A stretch of DNA of 64,000 bases from Saprolegnia diclina VS20 (lineage: Eukaryota): contig NW_008246097.1 in NCBI RefSeq assembly GCF_000281045.1, positions 287,440 through 351,439 of the forward strand, read 5' to 3'. Under the pieces are notes generated by a model. That model had not been told where the DNA came from, did no database searches, and was given only the letters and a program-made list of their open reading frames with translations. The translations under genes were made by a program, and so were the position numbers. Positions within the stretch are counted from its first letter, which is position 1. Every line of letters begins with the position of its first letter. Below are positions 34,894 through 47,749 of this stretch, piece by piece.

Positions 34894-35376
34894 GCTGGAC
34901 GAGCCACGCTGGTCCAGCGGCACCGTGCGATTTGAGATCCCGCGGGCCATCCAACCACTCCGCCTTTCCGTCGCGTCCGTTGTGGCGTTTCGACACCTAA
35001 ATTTGCTGCGGGACAGCCCTAAAAATAGGGCCAAAACGACCCTTATCCAGCAGTGTCTTATACCTTGGGGAATACTCGACATCACTAGGTACGCACACGA
35101 TAACTCCGAGGGGCCTCGCTGCGTTGTGGCGCATAGCTTGGCGCCTGTGATAAATTGGTTGACGATCTTAGCGGCTTCGAAAAATGGCGATCCAGCCAAT
35201 CAGGCGACGTCGTGAAAGATGTGGGTCGTATTTTTTCACCAATTTAAATCAATTTCGCAAAGATATCTTATATATTGTATGCAACATTGTTCATGTCGAT
35301 TCGAAAAATGTGAAACGTGGAATAATAATATGCACGACGCACGCAATCACAGTGAACGTCAAGAGCAGTGGCAGGC

Positions 35377-37078
35377 ATGTGGCGGCGCGGACTCCCGACT
35401 GCGCTTGGCCTCGGCCGGCAGGTGCTGCTGCGGACGGAGCCCCATCGACTTCGGCGCTTCCAGCCGCTGCCGTTCGTCCGATGGAATGCCAATGGCCCTG
35501 GCGTGCCGAGCAACCCGGATGCGTCCACAGACGAAGAGGACCTCGAGCAGAAGGAAGTCGAGACGCTCATGCAAAAGGTCCTCGCCCAGTCCAAGTACTT
35601 CAAGGAGCATCCGGAAGCCACCGACAGCAATGGCCTCGTCGACGTACTCACAGGCGGGCGCCTTCGCGCGCTCGAAGACGTCAACAAAGCGTATTACCCC
35701 GGAAAGCAGTTCAAACACACGTCGCAGGACATGGTCATTCGCGCCATGGTCGGCAACACCGCCATTACCGTGCTCAAGTTCCTTGCGTACCTCAAGACAG
35801 GCTCGAGCGCGCTTCTGTCTGAGTCGATCCACTCGCTCGTCGACACGGGCAACCAGGGCCTCCTCATTCTTGGCCTGCGCCAAGCCTCCTTCCAGCCGGA
35901 TAAGAAGCACCAGTACGGCTACGGCCGCGCTGCGTACTTTTGGTCGCTCATTTCAGCTCTCGGGATCTTCTGGCTCGGCGCCGGCGCCACCGTGAGCCAC
36001 GGTGCGTCATCGCTCGAGTTTGGCACCACCTGACATGATGACGCGATAGGCATCCAATGTCTTGTGAACCCACCAACGCCCGACGAGCTCGTCTTGACGT
36101 GGGAGGTGTGGGCAGTCCTCGCTGCGTCGTTTGGCATCGACGGGTACGTGCTCTCGCGCGCCGTTCGGGAGCTGCGCGCGACCAAGCCCAAAGACGTCTC
36201 GCTCTACGAGCACGTCAAGACGATCAAGGACCCCTTCATGATGGCTGTGCTTCTCGAAGACCTCGCTGCGTGCACGGGTGTTGTGATTGCTCTTGGCGGC
36301 ATCGGTGCCAGCTACGTCACGGGCAACCCGTTCTGGGACAGCGCCGCAAGTATTGGTATTGGCTGTCTTCTTGGCGGTGTCGCCGTCTCGCTCATCCGCA
36401 TGAACCAGCGCTTCCTTCTCGGCCAGTCCGTCGATGCGGGTACGTTGCTTGCGGTCATCATAGGTATTGCGACGTGAGGCTGATTCCGCTGCGTAGAGAT
36501 CGAGCAAGGCATCAAAGCGCTTCTGCTCTCGCGGCCGTCCATCGACAATGTGTACGCAGTGCAGTCGCAGTGGGTCGGTCCGTCCACGTTTAGCTTCAAG
36601 GTACATCCATATATCTATCTTCGGTTTGGTCGCTGAGGGAGATGTACTAGGCGGAAGTCGACTTTGATGGCACGTACATGGCGGCGCAGCTGCTTGAAAT
36701 GTACGTATCGAGCACACCGAGCGGTGTGATACGAAGCGCGTAGCTACAAGCCCGTGTTCCTCGAGGCCAAGGACCTCAAGGCAGACTTGCCGCTCCTGCT
36801 CGCGTGGTATGCCGAAGACGTCACGCGCCTCGTCGAAAAGGAGGTGCAGGAAGTCGAGGCCGAGATTCGGTACGGTGTCTCGCTTTGTCCGTGTCGTCAT
36901 TCTGATCGACAGGGCGCTCTACCCGGAGGCTGCGTTCATCGAGCTCGAGCCCGATAGCAAAGACACGGACATGCGCGCGCTCTCAAACCTCGGCACCAAG
37001 TCGTTCCGGACTAGCGAGCGCGAAGCCATGTCCCGGGCGCTGGCCCACCTGGCGCGGTCACTGGAGCGGAGTCAGTAG
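35377..37078 (+). CDS. Cation diffusion facilitator, ZnT9/SLC30A9-like (likely mitochondrial), multi-exon
   Basis: Arg/Leu-rich presequence-like N-terminus, then GSSALLSESIHSLVDTGNQ, HQYGYGRAAYFWSLISA, VLLEDLAACTG and WDSAASIGIG. Confidence 0.88.
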
Positions 37079-37915
37079 TCGACCCGATCATGTAGTAAAA
37101 AAGAACGAGGCAACTTGCTTGATGCTCGCCGTTGCTTTCGAAAGGACAAGACACGGAGGCGGATAGGGACGCCCTCACGGCTGCGATCCATCATCCTCGT
37201 AACCCCAGGCGAATGGTCGACATGGTGGTGATTGGGCCGACCTGTCCACGACGTCTGAGACCATAGAACAAGAGAGCACCAAGTGTATACTCCGCTCGAC
37301 CTCCATACTCTGTGGCAGTGTACCGGTACCGATTGCCGATGGGATCGAGTCGTCCGCACTTGACATTTAAAAAGTAAACGTAAAATGGTCTGACGATGTC
37401 TGGCCGTGTGCCGAAACATCGATAGTCGATTGATATTCGATTGATACTGTTACGAGGTACGACGAGGCTCCGCATTAACAAGTTCTGATTGCTCGCTGGA
37501 TCGTTCACGGAGACTACAGACAGCGGCGTTGCGCGGCAGGTGCCCAAACTGACGCATGTCCACGCGGTGTAGCCTTAGGCGCCGCCGGTCGGATGATCAG
37601 CGCTCGCAGTGCCACCCAGTTCTGTCAGGATATCCCAGCAAATAGGTCCCATCGAGAGTCTCAGCCACGGTCCGTGGCTGAGACTCTCGACGCATGAGCT
37701 ATAAGCACGCAACTCGTCGCCAGTGGTGGTGGCACGCGGCCTGCGACGAGCTCGGTCTCGCTGGGCAGTGCACGGAGCAATTCCTGCTGCGCGCGTCAGT
37801 GGTTGGCGCCCACGCCACGAGCAGCGGCAAGTAACCATGCCTTTCTCGCCTTGGTGGGTACGCACCCATGTGCTGCGTGATTTTAGCCACATCATGTTCA
37901 CGTCATTCGCATACG

Positions 37916-39590
37916 ATGGGCGTGACGGAAGCGTCGCCGCTGCTGGGCCCTGACAGCCTCGAGAAGGCGTCGACCTCGGTCCTCCGCGACGAGCTTGCGC
38001 AGCTCCTCACGCTCATGTACCCCGTGGTACGCCATGCATGCTTGCGTGGAGGAAGACATGCTTCGCATTAGACGTTGACGTTCTTCCTCGAGTATGCACC
38101 CGGCATTGCGACGCTGCTGCTTGTGGGCCACTACCACGACCCGATCGACGCGTCCAAGGACAAGCTCCTCCTCGACGCAGCGGCGATGGCCATCATGTAC
38201 CTTAACCTCACGGGGCTCACGATCGGCCTCGGGCTCGCGTCCGCCATGGACACGCTCTGCTCGCAGGCCTTTGGCGCCCACAAGCTGCATGAGATCGGCG
38301 TCTTCTTCCAGACCGGCGTCCTCGTACTCGGGTACGTCCATCTTCCTTCATCTTCAACGAACCAAGTGCATGCACTAGCGCCGCCATGGTGCCCATCGCG
38401 CTCCTCAACTGGAACTGCGCGGCCATGCTTGTCTGGTGGCGCCAGCCCCAAGACATTGCGGCCGACGCCGGCGAGTTTACGCAAATCATGCTGCTCGGCT
38501 TGCCTTTCCTCTTCCTCTACGAGCTCCTCAAGAAGGTTCGTCCGACATCATGAGATCCTGCATGTATGATGGTCCTGCGTAGGTGCTGCAAGCCCAAAAC
38601 ATTGTCCTCCCGATGCTCTACTGTGCGATCGCGGCCAACCTCCTCAACATTGGTCTTGGCTACGTCTTGGTGTACCACACATCGCTCGGGTACCTCGGCG
38701 CTGCTGTCGCCCGGAGCATCGCCAACGCATGTTTGCCCGCGACGCTGCTCTTGTACATCCGCATGGATCCTTCCGTGTGGTCGTCGTGCTGGCCAGGTCC
38801 ATTCTCTGCACCTACTTAATGCGGAGAGTAATGCATGGGTGTAGGCTGGCAGCTACGCAAAGCGGCGTCCCAAGTGCCCAAGTTTGTCGCTCTCGGCGCG
38901 TCCGGGCTCCTCATGGTGCTCTTCGAGTGGTGGAGCTTTGAGCTGCTCGTGCTCATTGCCGGTGTCCAAGCCAACGCCGCCGTCGCCATTGGCACCAACG
39001 CCATCCTCGTCAACCTCACGAGCTGCACGTACATGCTCTACTTTGGCATCTCGACGGCTGCCAACGTCCGCGTTGGGAACGCGCTCGGCGGCCACGATCT
39101 CCGGCGGGCGCACGTGGCGGTCGTCTGCGCCCTCGGCGTCGCCGCCTGCGCTGCGATTGTCGTGGCCACGAGTCTCTTGGTGCTGCGCCCGCACCTCGCC
39201 TCCTTCTTCACGTCCGACCCCGACATTGCAGCGTAAGTGTGGAACCATGCGCTTCATCGTACTCACCTGATGCGTAGGCTCGTGGCCAAGGTTGCGGGGG
39301 CCATCGCCATGTACCAGCTCGCCGACGCGTGGAACACGACGATTCAGGGTGTCCTGCGCGGGTGTGGGCTCCAGATGACGGGCGCGGGCCTCAACTGCGT
39401 CGCGTACGCCGTCATAGGCCTCCCGTTTGGCATCTTTCTCGATCTCTACTGCGAGTGGAACCTCGTTGGGCTATGGGTGGGCATGGCCACGGGCATTTGC
39501 TTTGCGGGCGCCATGGGCACGCTCGTCTTGTACAAAGCCAACTGGCAGGACCTCGTGAGCAAGGCCCAAGATCGCGTCGAGACGTCATAA
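37916..39590 (+). CDS. MATE family efflux transporter, multi-exon
   Basis: Shows GLASAMDTLCSQAFGA, LQAQ, MVLFEWWSFE, GISTAANVRVGNALG, QGVLRGCG.Q and GLWVGM. Confidence 0.92.
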
Positions 39591-39621
39591 GCACAAACAG
39601 CGCTTCCAGATCATTGGTGGC

Positions 39622-42308
39622 TTAATCTTGCTTGAGGCGCGCCGAGTCGGCCGTGCCCTCCGTCGTAGCGCCTATCAGTAGTTTCTTCAGCCTGCAACTA
39701 ACGTGCAAAAGGGCGTACCCGCAGCACCTTCGTCCATATCTTCGTGACGGCGACCCGTGTCCACGGGGTAGATCCAGCGCTGGTAGAGGTAGATGAAGAA
39801 GACGACGTCGTCGCGGAAGCAGCTACACAACGTCCAGTGCGTGAACGAGAATGGCGACGTCTACCTGATGCGGTGCATCGTGGGCATCGTGATAATAAAC
39901 GCAAACAGGTCATCGATGAACGTGTTGAGTGCCCTATGGACAAAGCGTGCTTGAGCGTAAAAACGTTTGGCGATGATTTACCGGTAGATGAGGAAGCGCC
40001 ACGGTAGGTGCGCGACCGACTGGAGCTTGTAGTTGATGAAGAGCTGCGGCGTCATCATAATGAAGCCTACGCGGTCGCGTCACGACCCCATCTGAATAGG
40101 GATGCAAACGTACCAAACGTGTACACGGTGCCAGTCAAACTGCCAAGGAGCCACGAGTACCAGCTCGTATGGTCTATGTCAATACGAGGACTGTGAGCTT
40201 TCTCGTCAGTCCTGTAGGGTACCTTTGTAGAGCAGCGAGTAAACCGCGTAGCCAAGGAGGAGCGGGCAGAGCGCGTAGCTCATGTATCGCATGGCCATGA
40301 CGTCAATCGCGTCCGTCTAGCAAGACGCGCATCGTGCTTGCATGCAAACGAGGCAGCACGGCGTACCTGCGACGACTCGGGCGCAGACCGCGTCAACTCA
40401 ATCGATCGGCTGGCCCACGAGAGACGGGGCATCGTCGCGCGGTAAAGCTTCCAAATCTGGATCACGATACTGATGCCGCTTGGCACCAAGATCAAAAGCG
40501 TCGTCTCTTGCTCCAGAAGGTACAAGAAGATCTGCAAGGACAATCGTCATCGCCAGCCAATGCCAGGAGTATACGTACAATGATCTGAGACACGAACGAA
40601 ATGACCATGGAACGCACCGAGATGCCAACCAGACTCTGGTTCTCTTGCCAGAACGAAATATCGCTCTTGAACGCAAGCCAGTCGAAGAGCATGTGCAACA
40701 GCGACACGGTCATGGTGACTGCGAGCAGGTATGGGTTCGTATCAGCAATCTAGTCGCCATCTTTGTGAAACCATCGACTCCACAGGAACATTGTACGAGC
40801 GATCGCATTTGGTCGAGGTCGTCCTCGCCAAACCCGAGGTCTTTTTGCTGGCTGAGCGCCGAGCCAAACGTGAGCATCATTTGCCACCTTCCAGCATGCG
40901 TTTGCGACCCACAGTGCAAAGCAGGTAATCGTACCGCGCATACGACATGGGCGCATACGAGAGCTTGAGCGGGAGCTCCGTCACGGAGCGGTTGAGCGGC
41001 AAGAGCTTCTCGGACGTGAGGCCCATCTCGTCCACAAACATGACGGGCAAGTACTAGTCCAAAAGAACCTTTTCAGCCTCTGCAAGAAGCGCGAGCAATG
41101 CGACGCACCTTCCACTGCCCGTCGACGTTCTCCATGCGAAGGTTGTGGTACACGAGCGGCGGGATCTAGAACGTCACCGTCAGACCCGCGATCAATAGCC
41201 TCAAACTACGTCAGTGAGCGGATAGTGCTTGAAGGACGTCACGAGTCGAATCGCCATGTGCTAAAGCAGCCAATAAACGAAAGAAAGTGCGCATGCTCGT
41301 ACCGGCTTCCAGTACGACACGATCGACTCGGTCAGTGCAGGGTCGTCCCCTGTCGGCTCGCCTGGAAGATGCATCGGCTCCGACGCATCCGTGGCCGCTA
41401 CAGGTACACGATACTCAACAGGCGAAACACGGAAGCGTGGCGTACTGGATGACGGAGCGCCAAAGTGCTCTCCGAGAAGCCGCGTTGCGTTCTTGAGGTT
41501 GCGACGATCGGCGTACTAGAGCAGCATCGTAAGCACAAGAGAATGACCGATGGAGAAGATACGAGGACCTTGGTCAATGGCGTCACTTGATGGAGCGTGC
41601 GAAGTTTGTGGTAGTTGTGCTGGCGCGGGTCGGGCGACGCACCCTTTTGCGTCAGGTGCACGTGGAGGTACACGGTGCCTACGACGCCCGGTGTCAGCCT
41701 CGCGGGAGCAAAGTCAAACGCTTACCATTGTTGCGAATGAGCTTCCAAATCGACTGCGTGAGCGACTTGGAGCCGTTGCCATCGGACGACGGCCGCATCG
41801 AGACGTTGAGGTCCACCGTGCGCTCGTTGTCCTGCCAGTCGAACGAGAGGTCCTGGAAGTCGCCGACGAAGAAGGCGCGCGAGCTCGTAAAGTCCGAGTT
41901 GCTCTACGCAGATGTGTTAGCATGATTCTAATTCGTGGCCTCGTGACGTACCCAGTCGGGGCGGCTCGAGATGTAGCATTGACCGTCGAGGAGCTGGCCT
42001 TCCTAGATGCAGGACGCTCAGCCATGTGCGATGCGAGCCTGCTGGCCTACCGTCCAGAGCGGACCCAAGTACGGATCATTCTCGGCCAGAAGGAAGACGG
42101 GGAACATGATGCCATAGATCTACGTCGGCAGCATGATGGGGGGGCGGGAGGATCGCATGCATGCAGTACCTGGTACGTCGTGAAGCTAAAGTAGAGCCCC
42201 TGGAGCGTGCGCATGAGGAGCGATGTTCATGGAGGAAGAGAAGCATCATCTTACGAAGAGGAAGATGGAGACGCATGTGAACGAGCAGAAGCGCAGGGGG
42301 TTGATCAT
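39622..42308 (-). CDS. CLPTM1/CLPTM1L-family membrane protein, many exons
   Basis: Shows LHMLFDWLAFKSDISFW, FIMMTPQLFINYKLQSVAHLPW and ALNTFIDDLFAF...FRDDVVFFIYLYQRWIYPVD; the start is inferred (MINPLRFCSFT). Confidence 0.88.
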
Positions 42309-42683
42309 GCTACTCGTTGGACGCGCGGCAGCTCGTCGGTAAATCCCACTGTGACACGACGTGATGTTTATATTGGTGTTATAACAAATATGGTGTGCTT
42401 GGCACTATTTCGACTAAACCGAGAGAGTTTGTACTAAGTACAATATACGCTCATGGTGCTTGAGGCAAGCAAAACTATTTGGTACTCTGGGCGTTCATTT
42501 TGATGGCTTTGCTGGTCTCTGCTCTCCGTTGTCTGTGGGCTTGCCGCAAACCCTACTAACGTTATGGCAAATGCTCATGAGGTCCCAACGCATCGACTAA
42601 CTAAATATATTGATATTGCGCGGAAAGCGCACTCCAATTCGGTGTTGGGTTGCGAAAGGGCGAACTCAAAGGGCAACCTGCTC

Positions 42684-43320
42684 ATGATGGAGTTGGACTT
42701 CTCGGGCGGGGACAAGGTACCGCTTTTGGGCAGTCCTCAGTACTGCCGCATCTGCCGCAGTCACGAGTCCAGTACATATGTGGCTCCTTGCGAGCCTTCA
42801 TGACCCTGCTACACTAGGAGCCACGGACCCGCTCCTCTCCGCCTGCGCCTGCACGGGCTCTGTCGGCAAGATCCACGCTCAATGTAGAACCACATTGCTT
42901 CTTCTAGGACCAAGCATGCGATCCTGGCTAGGTCTGCGCCAGTGGATCAAGTCGCGCCACATTCCTATCGACCAAGCACTGGCCTGCGAGCTCTGCAAGG
43001 TTACGTACCGCGTTGTGCTCCGGCGGCGCGTCCGTTGGGACCACCGGCATGGCTGCAGCTGGGCCTCCCTTGGGTATCTTTTCGTAGTTCTTTTCCTCAT
43101 TGGCGCGCTCGTGCTTGTGGCAAGCCTTCTCGTACGGCTACTGCAAGAGGCCCAGCACGCACCGGCAGCCAATGTCATCCCCGTCATCCTTCTCTTTGGC
43201 AGCTCGACCATTGTCTCGCTCGTCGCGGTCTGGCGCATCTTCTGGCGCTGGTTCTACGTCACCTCCGTCACGTACGTCGACGCGGCCGACGGCCTCCTTC
43301 CTGCGTCGCCCATGGTCTAA
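42684..43320 (+). CDS. RING-CH (MARCH-type) E3 ubiquitin ligase with two TM helices
   Basis: CRIC...C.C.GS..KIHAQC|LRQW...CELCK followed by two hydrophobic segments; two short introns. Confidence 0.88.
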
Positions 43321-43556
43321 TCGCGCGACCTCTGCTGTGCCCATATGCAAATTGTAAATAAGAGGCTCTTGGCCGCTGAATAAGTATAAGAGCTGATTGC
43401 CTTGCGTGTACCCACATCCACTATGCTGCGTACGGCGATACGATGGAGCACTGGGCGGAGCATGTTGCTGCGACTCGTGGGCGCCGCGTCCGAATTTCGA
43501 ATGTCCAGGCTTCGATTTTTCCGCCATGATAAAGTCCAACTTGCAGCAGCCGGAGA

Positions 43557-44751
43557 ATGCGACCAACCATCAAGGTGCTCGTCGCGCTCTGCACGCTCTC
43601 GCTCGGGACGCTCGTGCTCCTGCACACGTCGCTCGTGCCCGAGCATGGTGCTATCACCACCCACTTCCTCCGCCGCCCACATCGCCACATTGCTGACGCG
43701 ACACGGGCGTACGTCGGTCGGCTCCTGGCGCCGGCCCGGTACACGTCGGTTGCTACGGTAGCCTTCTCCATATGCGTTCACAAGTACGTACTGGATTGTG
43801 TATAGGCTGGCTGCAACTTTGCCTCGACGGTCGCGGCCTTTGATCCGTTCGATCTGCCGCTGCATTGTGGCAACATGCACGAGCTCGAGACGCACGAGGT
43901 CCTCGGGAAGGGCTTTTGGCGCAGCGTCCTCAAGGCCACGTGGCAAGGTACGGTACGGCGTCGAGAAATGCCTCTGATGACGGCAATGCGTAGGCAAGCC
44001 CGTGGCCGTCAAGGTTGTGCACCAGAACCTCGCATGGCGAAGCGGTATCCTCGAGCGCCACGTGGAAGAGGCCGCCGTGCTCTACCAGCTCCGCGATGCG
44101 CCCCACATTGCGCACCTCGTCGGCTGGTGCAACACGACGATTGTCGTCGAGTACTTTCCGCGCAACTTGGACGAAGTGCTGCACGACCCGACGACGCCTG
44201 CGTGGTCGATGGCCGAGACGCTGTCGCTGGCGCGCGATGCTGCGATGGGCGTGGCAGAGCTCCATGCGGCCGGCGCGGTTCACGTCGACCTCCAGCCGCG
44301 CCAGTTTTTGTACGAGGAAGCGTCGCATCGCCTCGTGCTCAACGACTTTAATCGGCTCCGGTACAACGGCCGCAACTCGTCGTCGTCGTCCAACGAGATA
44401 TGCGAGTTTCACATCCCGATTGCGAAAGGCGTCTACCGCGCACCGGAAGAGTACCTCTTGCAACCGCTCAACGCCAAGGTCGACGTGTACAGCCTCGCAC
44501 TCGTTTTCTGGTCGCTCGTCGCTCGGGAAGCGCCCTACAAGGCGTGGAGCCGCGACGAAGTCTACGCCAACGTGCCCGAGGGACTTCGCCCGGAGGTGGC
44601 GGTGCTATCTCCATACCCCCCCGCAATGCAAAACCTCGTGCAAACGATGTGGGCAACGGACCCGGAGGAGCGCCCGTCGGCCGCCGACGTCGCCACGCAA
44701 GTTGCGGCGATCTTGGCTCAAGTCGAACGCGACCCGATCGCAATATCTTGA
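43557..44751 (+). CDS. Signal-anchored atypical protein kinase (PKDCC/VLK- or POMK-like; introns 43758-43805, 43948-43993)
   Basis: N-terminal hydrophobic anchor, then LHCGN..LGKGFWRSV, VAVK, HVDLQPRQFL, LNDFN in place of DFG, YRAPEE and KVDVYSL. Confidence 0.8.
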
Positions 44752-45751
44752 GATGCCAATGTTCATGCAACTCGTGATTTTACATATTGTTGGGTTGACC
44801 ATATTCGAGAGTCTCAAAGCCCCACCGCCCGAGTCCAAGCTTGGTTGCACCAAGCAGTGACGGTCTCTGGACCAGGTTGCACAGAGATCCCGCAAAGGTT
44901 CCACTGCGGCCGATTTGGCTGCTCGCCCGATCTAGACGCAGCGTACACCACCGCCAACCTTCCAATGTTGCCTTTGAGCGCAGGAATGTATCGACGTAGC
45001 AAACGGCACGCCTCGCCGTGCCCTGTCTTTGCCCAGCGCCCCAACCGTTACCAGCATCAACCAGATCTGCACCGTCTTATAATACTAGTACTCGAGATGG
45101 CGTGCGCAGGTCTGTGTAGCAATGCGGTCAAAACTGCCAAGAGTTTATACGGTAGAGTATGTTAAATTATGTCGTGTTAATGAGTGCTGCGGGGATGTAT
45201 GAGCCACAAACGGTACCGCAACCACACTAAGAAGAGGTGGATACAGCTGAAGGATCAAGTTGTTGTAGCTGGTTTCAATAGTCGGTCTGTTCAAGGACCA
45301 TAGCGAGTCGATGGTTCGCACGACAAGGACTTTTGGATCCAGCAAGTACTGCTAGATAGAAGCGTTCGATTTTAGAGATGTCGGGGACCACGGAGACGTG
45401 CACCAGACCGAATGGCCTTGGCACCGCGCCCTCCAATGATTCTGCATTCGTCTAGGAGCTTTACGGGGGTCAGGAGGGTTAGTCCATTCAGTGGCTACAG
45501 ATGCCAAGGACCACTGGGATAGACTCCAAATTTGCTATATTACAATCATCGAGAGATGTACTCGACCGACGGCTGGTGCTTGAGACCACATTGCTGCGGC
45601 CCGACTGGTATGTACACAGTCGACAACTCCAAGCACACAATGAATCGGAGACACGAGGTTGTTCTCCCAAAGAAACGGCCTCAGGGACCAGGGGAACGAT
45701 CGATGAGAATTTGACACTTTGGTTGTAGAGATAAATGTATATATATTGAAA

Positions 45752-47630
45752 TGCCGAAAGCTCAGGTAATGAGATTCCACTGAAATTTTCTTCAACGGGT
45801 CTACCAACTACGGCAGACCCTGCCGATGTCCCTATTCAGGTTCGTCATTGCTTTCGTTACTCAAATCTAGACTATACTACTCAATAGCGAGGCGATGGAT
45901 CTCAGCGATCTTGGTGATTGAATGTCGTCATATTTTGGTCAAGAGTAGCAAATATGTTTTAGCATCCTTGATCCTGTCGCTCGCTTCTACTAACTAAACG
46001 TGCAAATACAGTCGTTGTTGTTTCCCGTCATACAAATGCCTCGTGTGTATTCGCTCACGTCGGTGATACGACGACAACTCGGTGCCACGCAGAACGCGGA
46101 GCACCAAGCGTCGGCGCGTCAATCAGATTCGTCATCTAATGTTGTAATCACTGGGAGTCCTATCCTACGAGATGCAAATTCAAAAGTGAGACCTGTGGGA
46201 ATCACGATACGTTGCCAGTGACTGTGCACCAGTCAAATTGGAGATCGCGGTCCCATAGCGTAAAAGAAGGTTTATCTATTCTGAGAGAGAGTGCACTTGG
46301 GTTTAGGTAGGGATGATGTAGAATGCATATTATATGCTACAGTAAATCGGTTTTAAAAGGGTAGAGCTCATGCAGCGGTAAAATAAATTATGACAGGTTG
46401 GCTAGAATCACACAAATACAAGGGGCGAAAGCATGCCCGGCGCCGCGCTTTGCCTCGGACGACGGTACGCTCCTCACGTCTGGTTTTGTTGTCACAAACG
46501 CGCGTGCTAGCGTCTTGGCGCGGGTCTTTGGCATCGTGTACCGCAACTCGCATTGGTACAGGGCTGTTGAAATCACAACTGACGATGGAGGTTGGCTGGC
46601 TGAGGCTGAATGACCAGGTTTCTCGGCGGTTGGCCACAAGTCGATGAACAAGGCATCTTGATTGAACTTGTGGGTAACTTTTGTACAGGCAAACACGACG
46701 CAGAGAAGGCGTACTGCCTGCACACTACCCGATGGTACCGTCCAAGGGAATGCATTACACTGTACTCCCTTGGTCGTGTCCTTGGCATTGTGTAGGGCGA
46801 TCTTGTGAGCCGAGAGACGGGTGCACTAACGCTCGCAGAACCTGATGCAAGGAGGATGGGGTACTTAGTAGACAGCACGCAAATCGCTGATAGTTAGCTC
46901 CCACTAGGAACCGATTGGTCATTCACTCTAGCGGTACATCGGGTATACTATGGCTGGTGACAAGCATTGCTCAGAGCAGTGCTCATCAATCTACCCGTAG
47001 CTGTTCATGACGGAAGGCCTGAACGAAAACGTCGGGTGGTGCCATCTTGAAAGGCATTTTTGGCGCGAACCGTCGCGCCGGCAGTTGGAGGATATTATGA
47101 CGACCAATCAAATGCGTTCAGGTTTCGGGAGCGGCCCAATCAGCAGTCGACTGCTACGAGCCATTGGGTTGTGGACCTCTCGCCCGTGTTGCTCACTTTT
47201 GAATTTGCATCTCGTAGCATAGGACTCCCAGTGATTACAACATTAGATGACGAATCTGATTGACGCGCCGACGCTTGGTGCTCCGCGTTCTGCGTGGCAC
47301 CGAGTTGTCGTCGTATCACCGACGTGAGCGAATACACACGAGGCATTTGTATGACGGGAAACAACAACGACTGTATTTGCACGTTTAGTTAATAGAAGCG
47401 AGCGACAGGATCAAGGATGCTAAAAAATATTTGCTACTCTTGACCAAAATATGACGACATTCAATCACCAAGATCGCTGAGATCCATCGCCTCGCTATTG
47501 AGTAGTATAGTCTAAAATTGAGTAACGAAAGCAATGACGAACCTGAATAGGGACATCGGCAGGGTCTGCCGTAGTTGGTAGACCCGTTGAAGAAAATTTC
47601 AGTGGAATCTCATTACCTGAGCTTTCGGCA
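45752..47630. mobile_element. Element bounded by 439-bp near-identical inverted repeats (45752-46190, 47192-47630) with a 1001-bp core lacking a long ORF
   Basis: The arms are reverse complements with about five mismatches found by eye, and the region is more AT-rich than the genes. No TSD or transposase was recognised, so mobility is inferred. Confidence 0.6.
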
Positions 47631-47749
47631 CTTTCTCCTTTTACTCACCCAATCTAGAAAAGGTATTCCACTAAATCAAAACACGACGACATCCCGTCCC
47701 TCCTTTGTTAACGAATTACTTCTGGACTACGTCCTCTTCATGATGCAGA

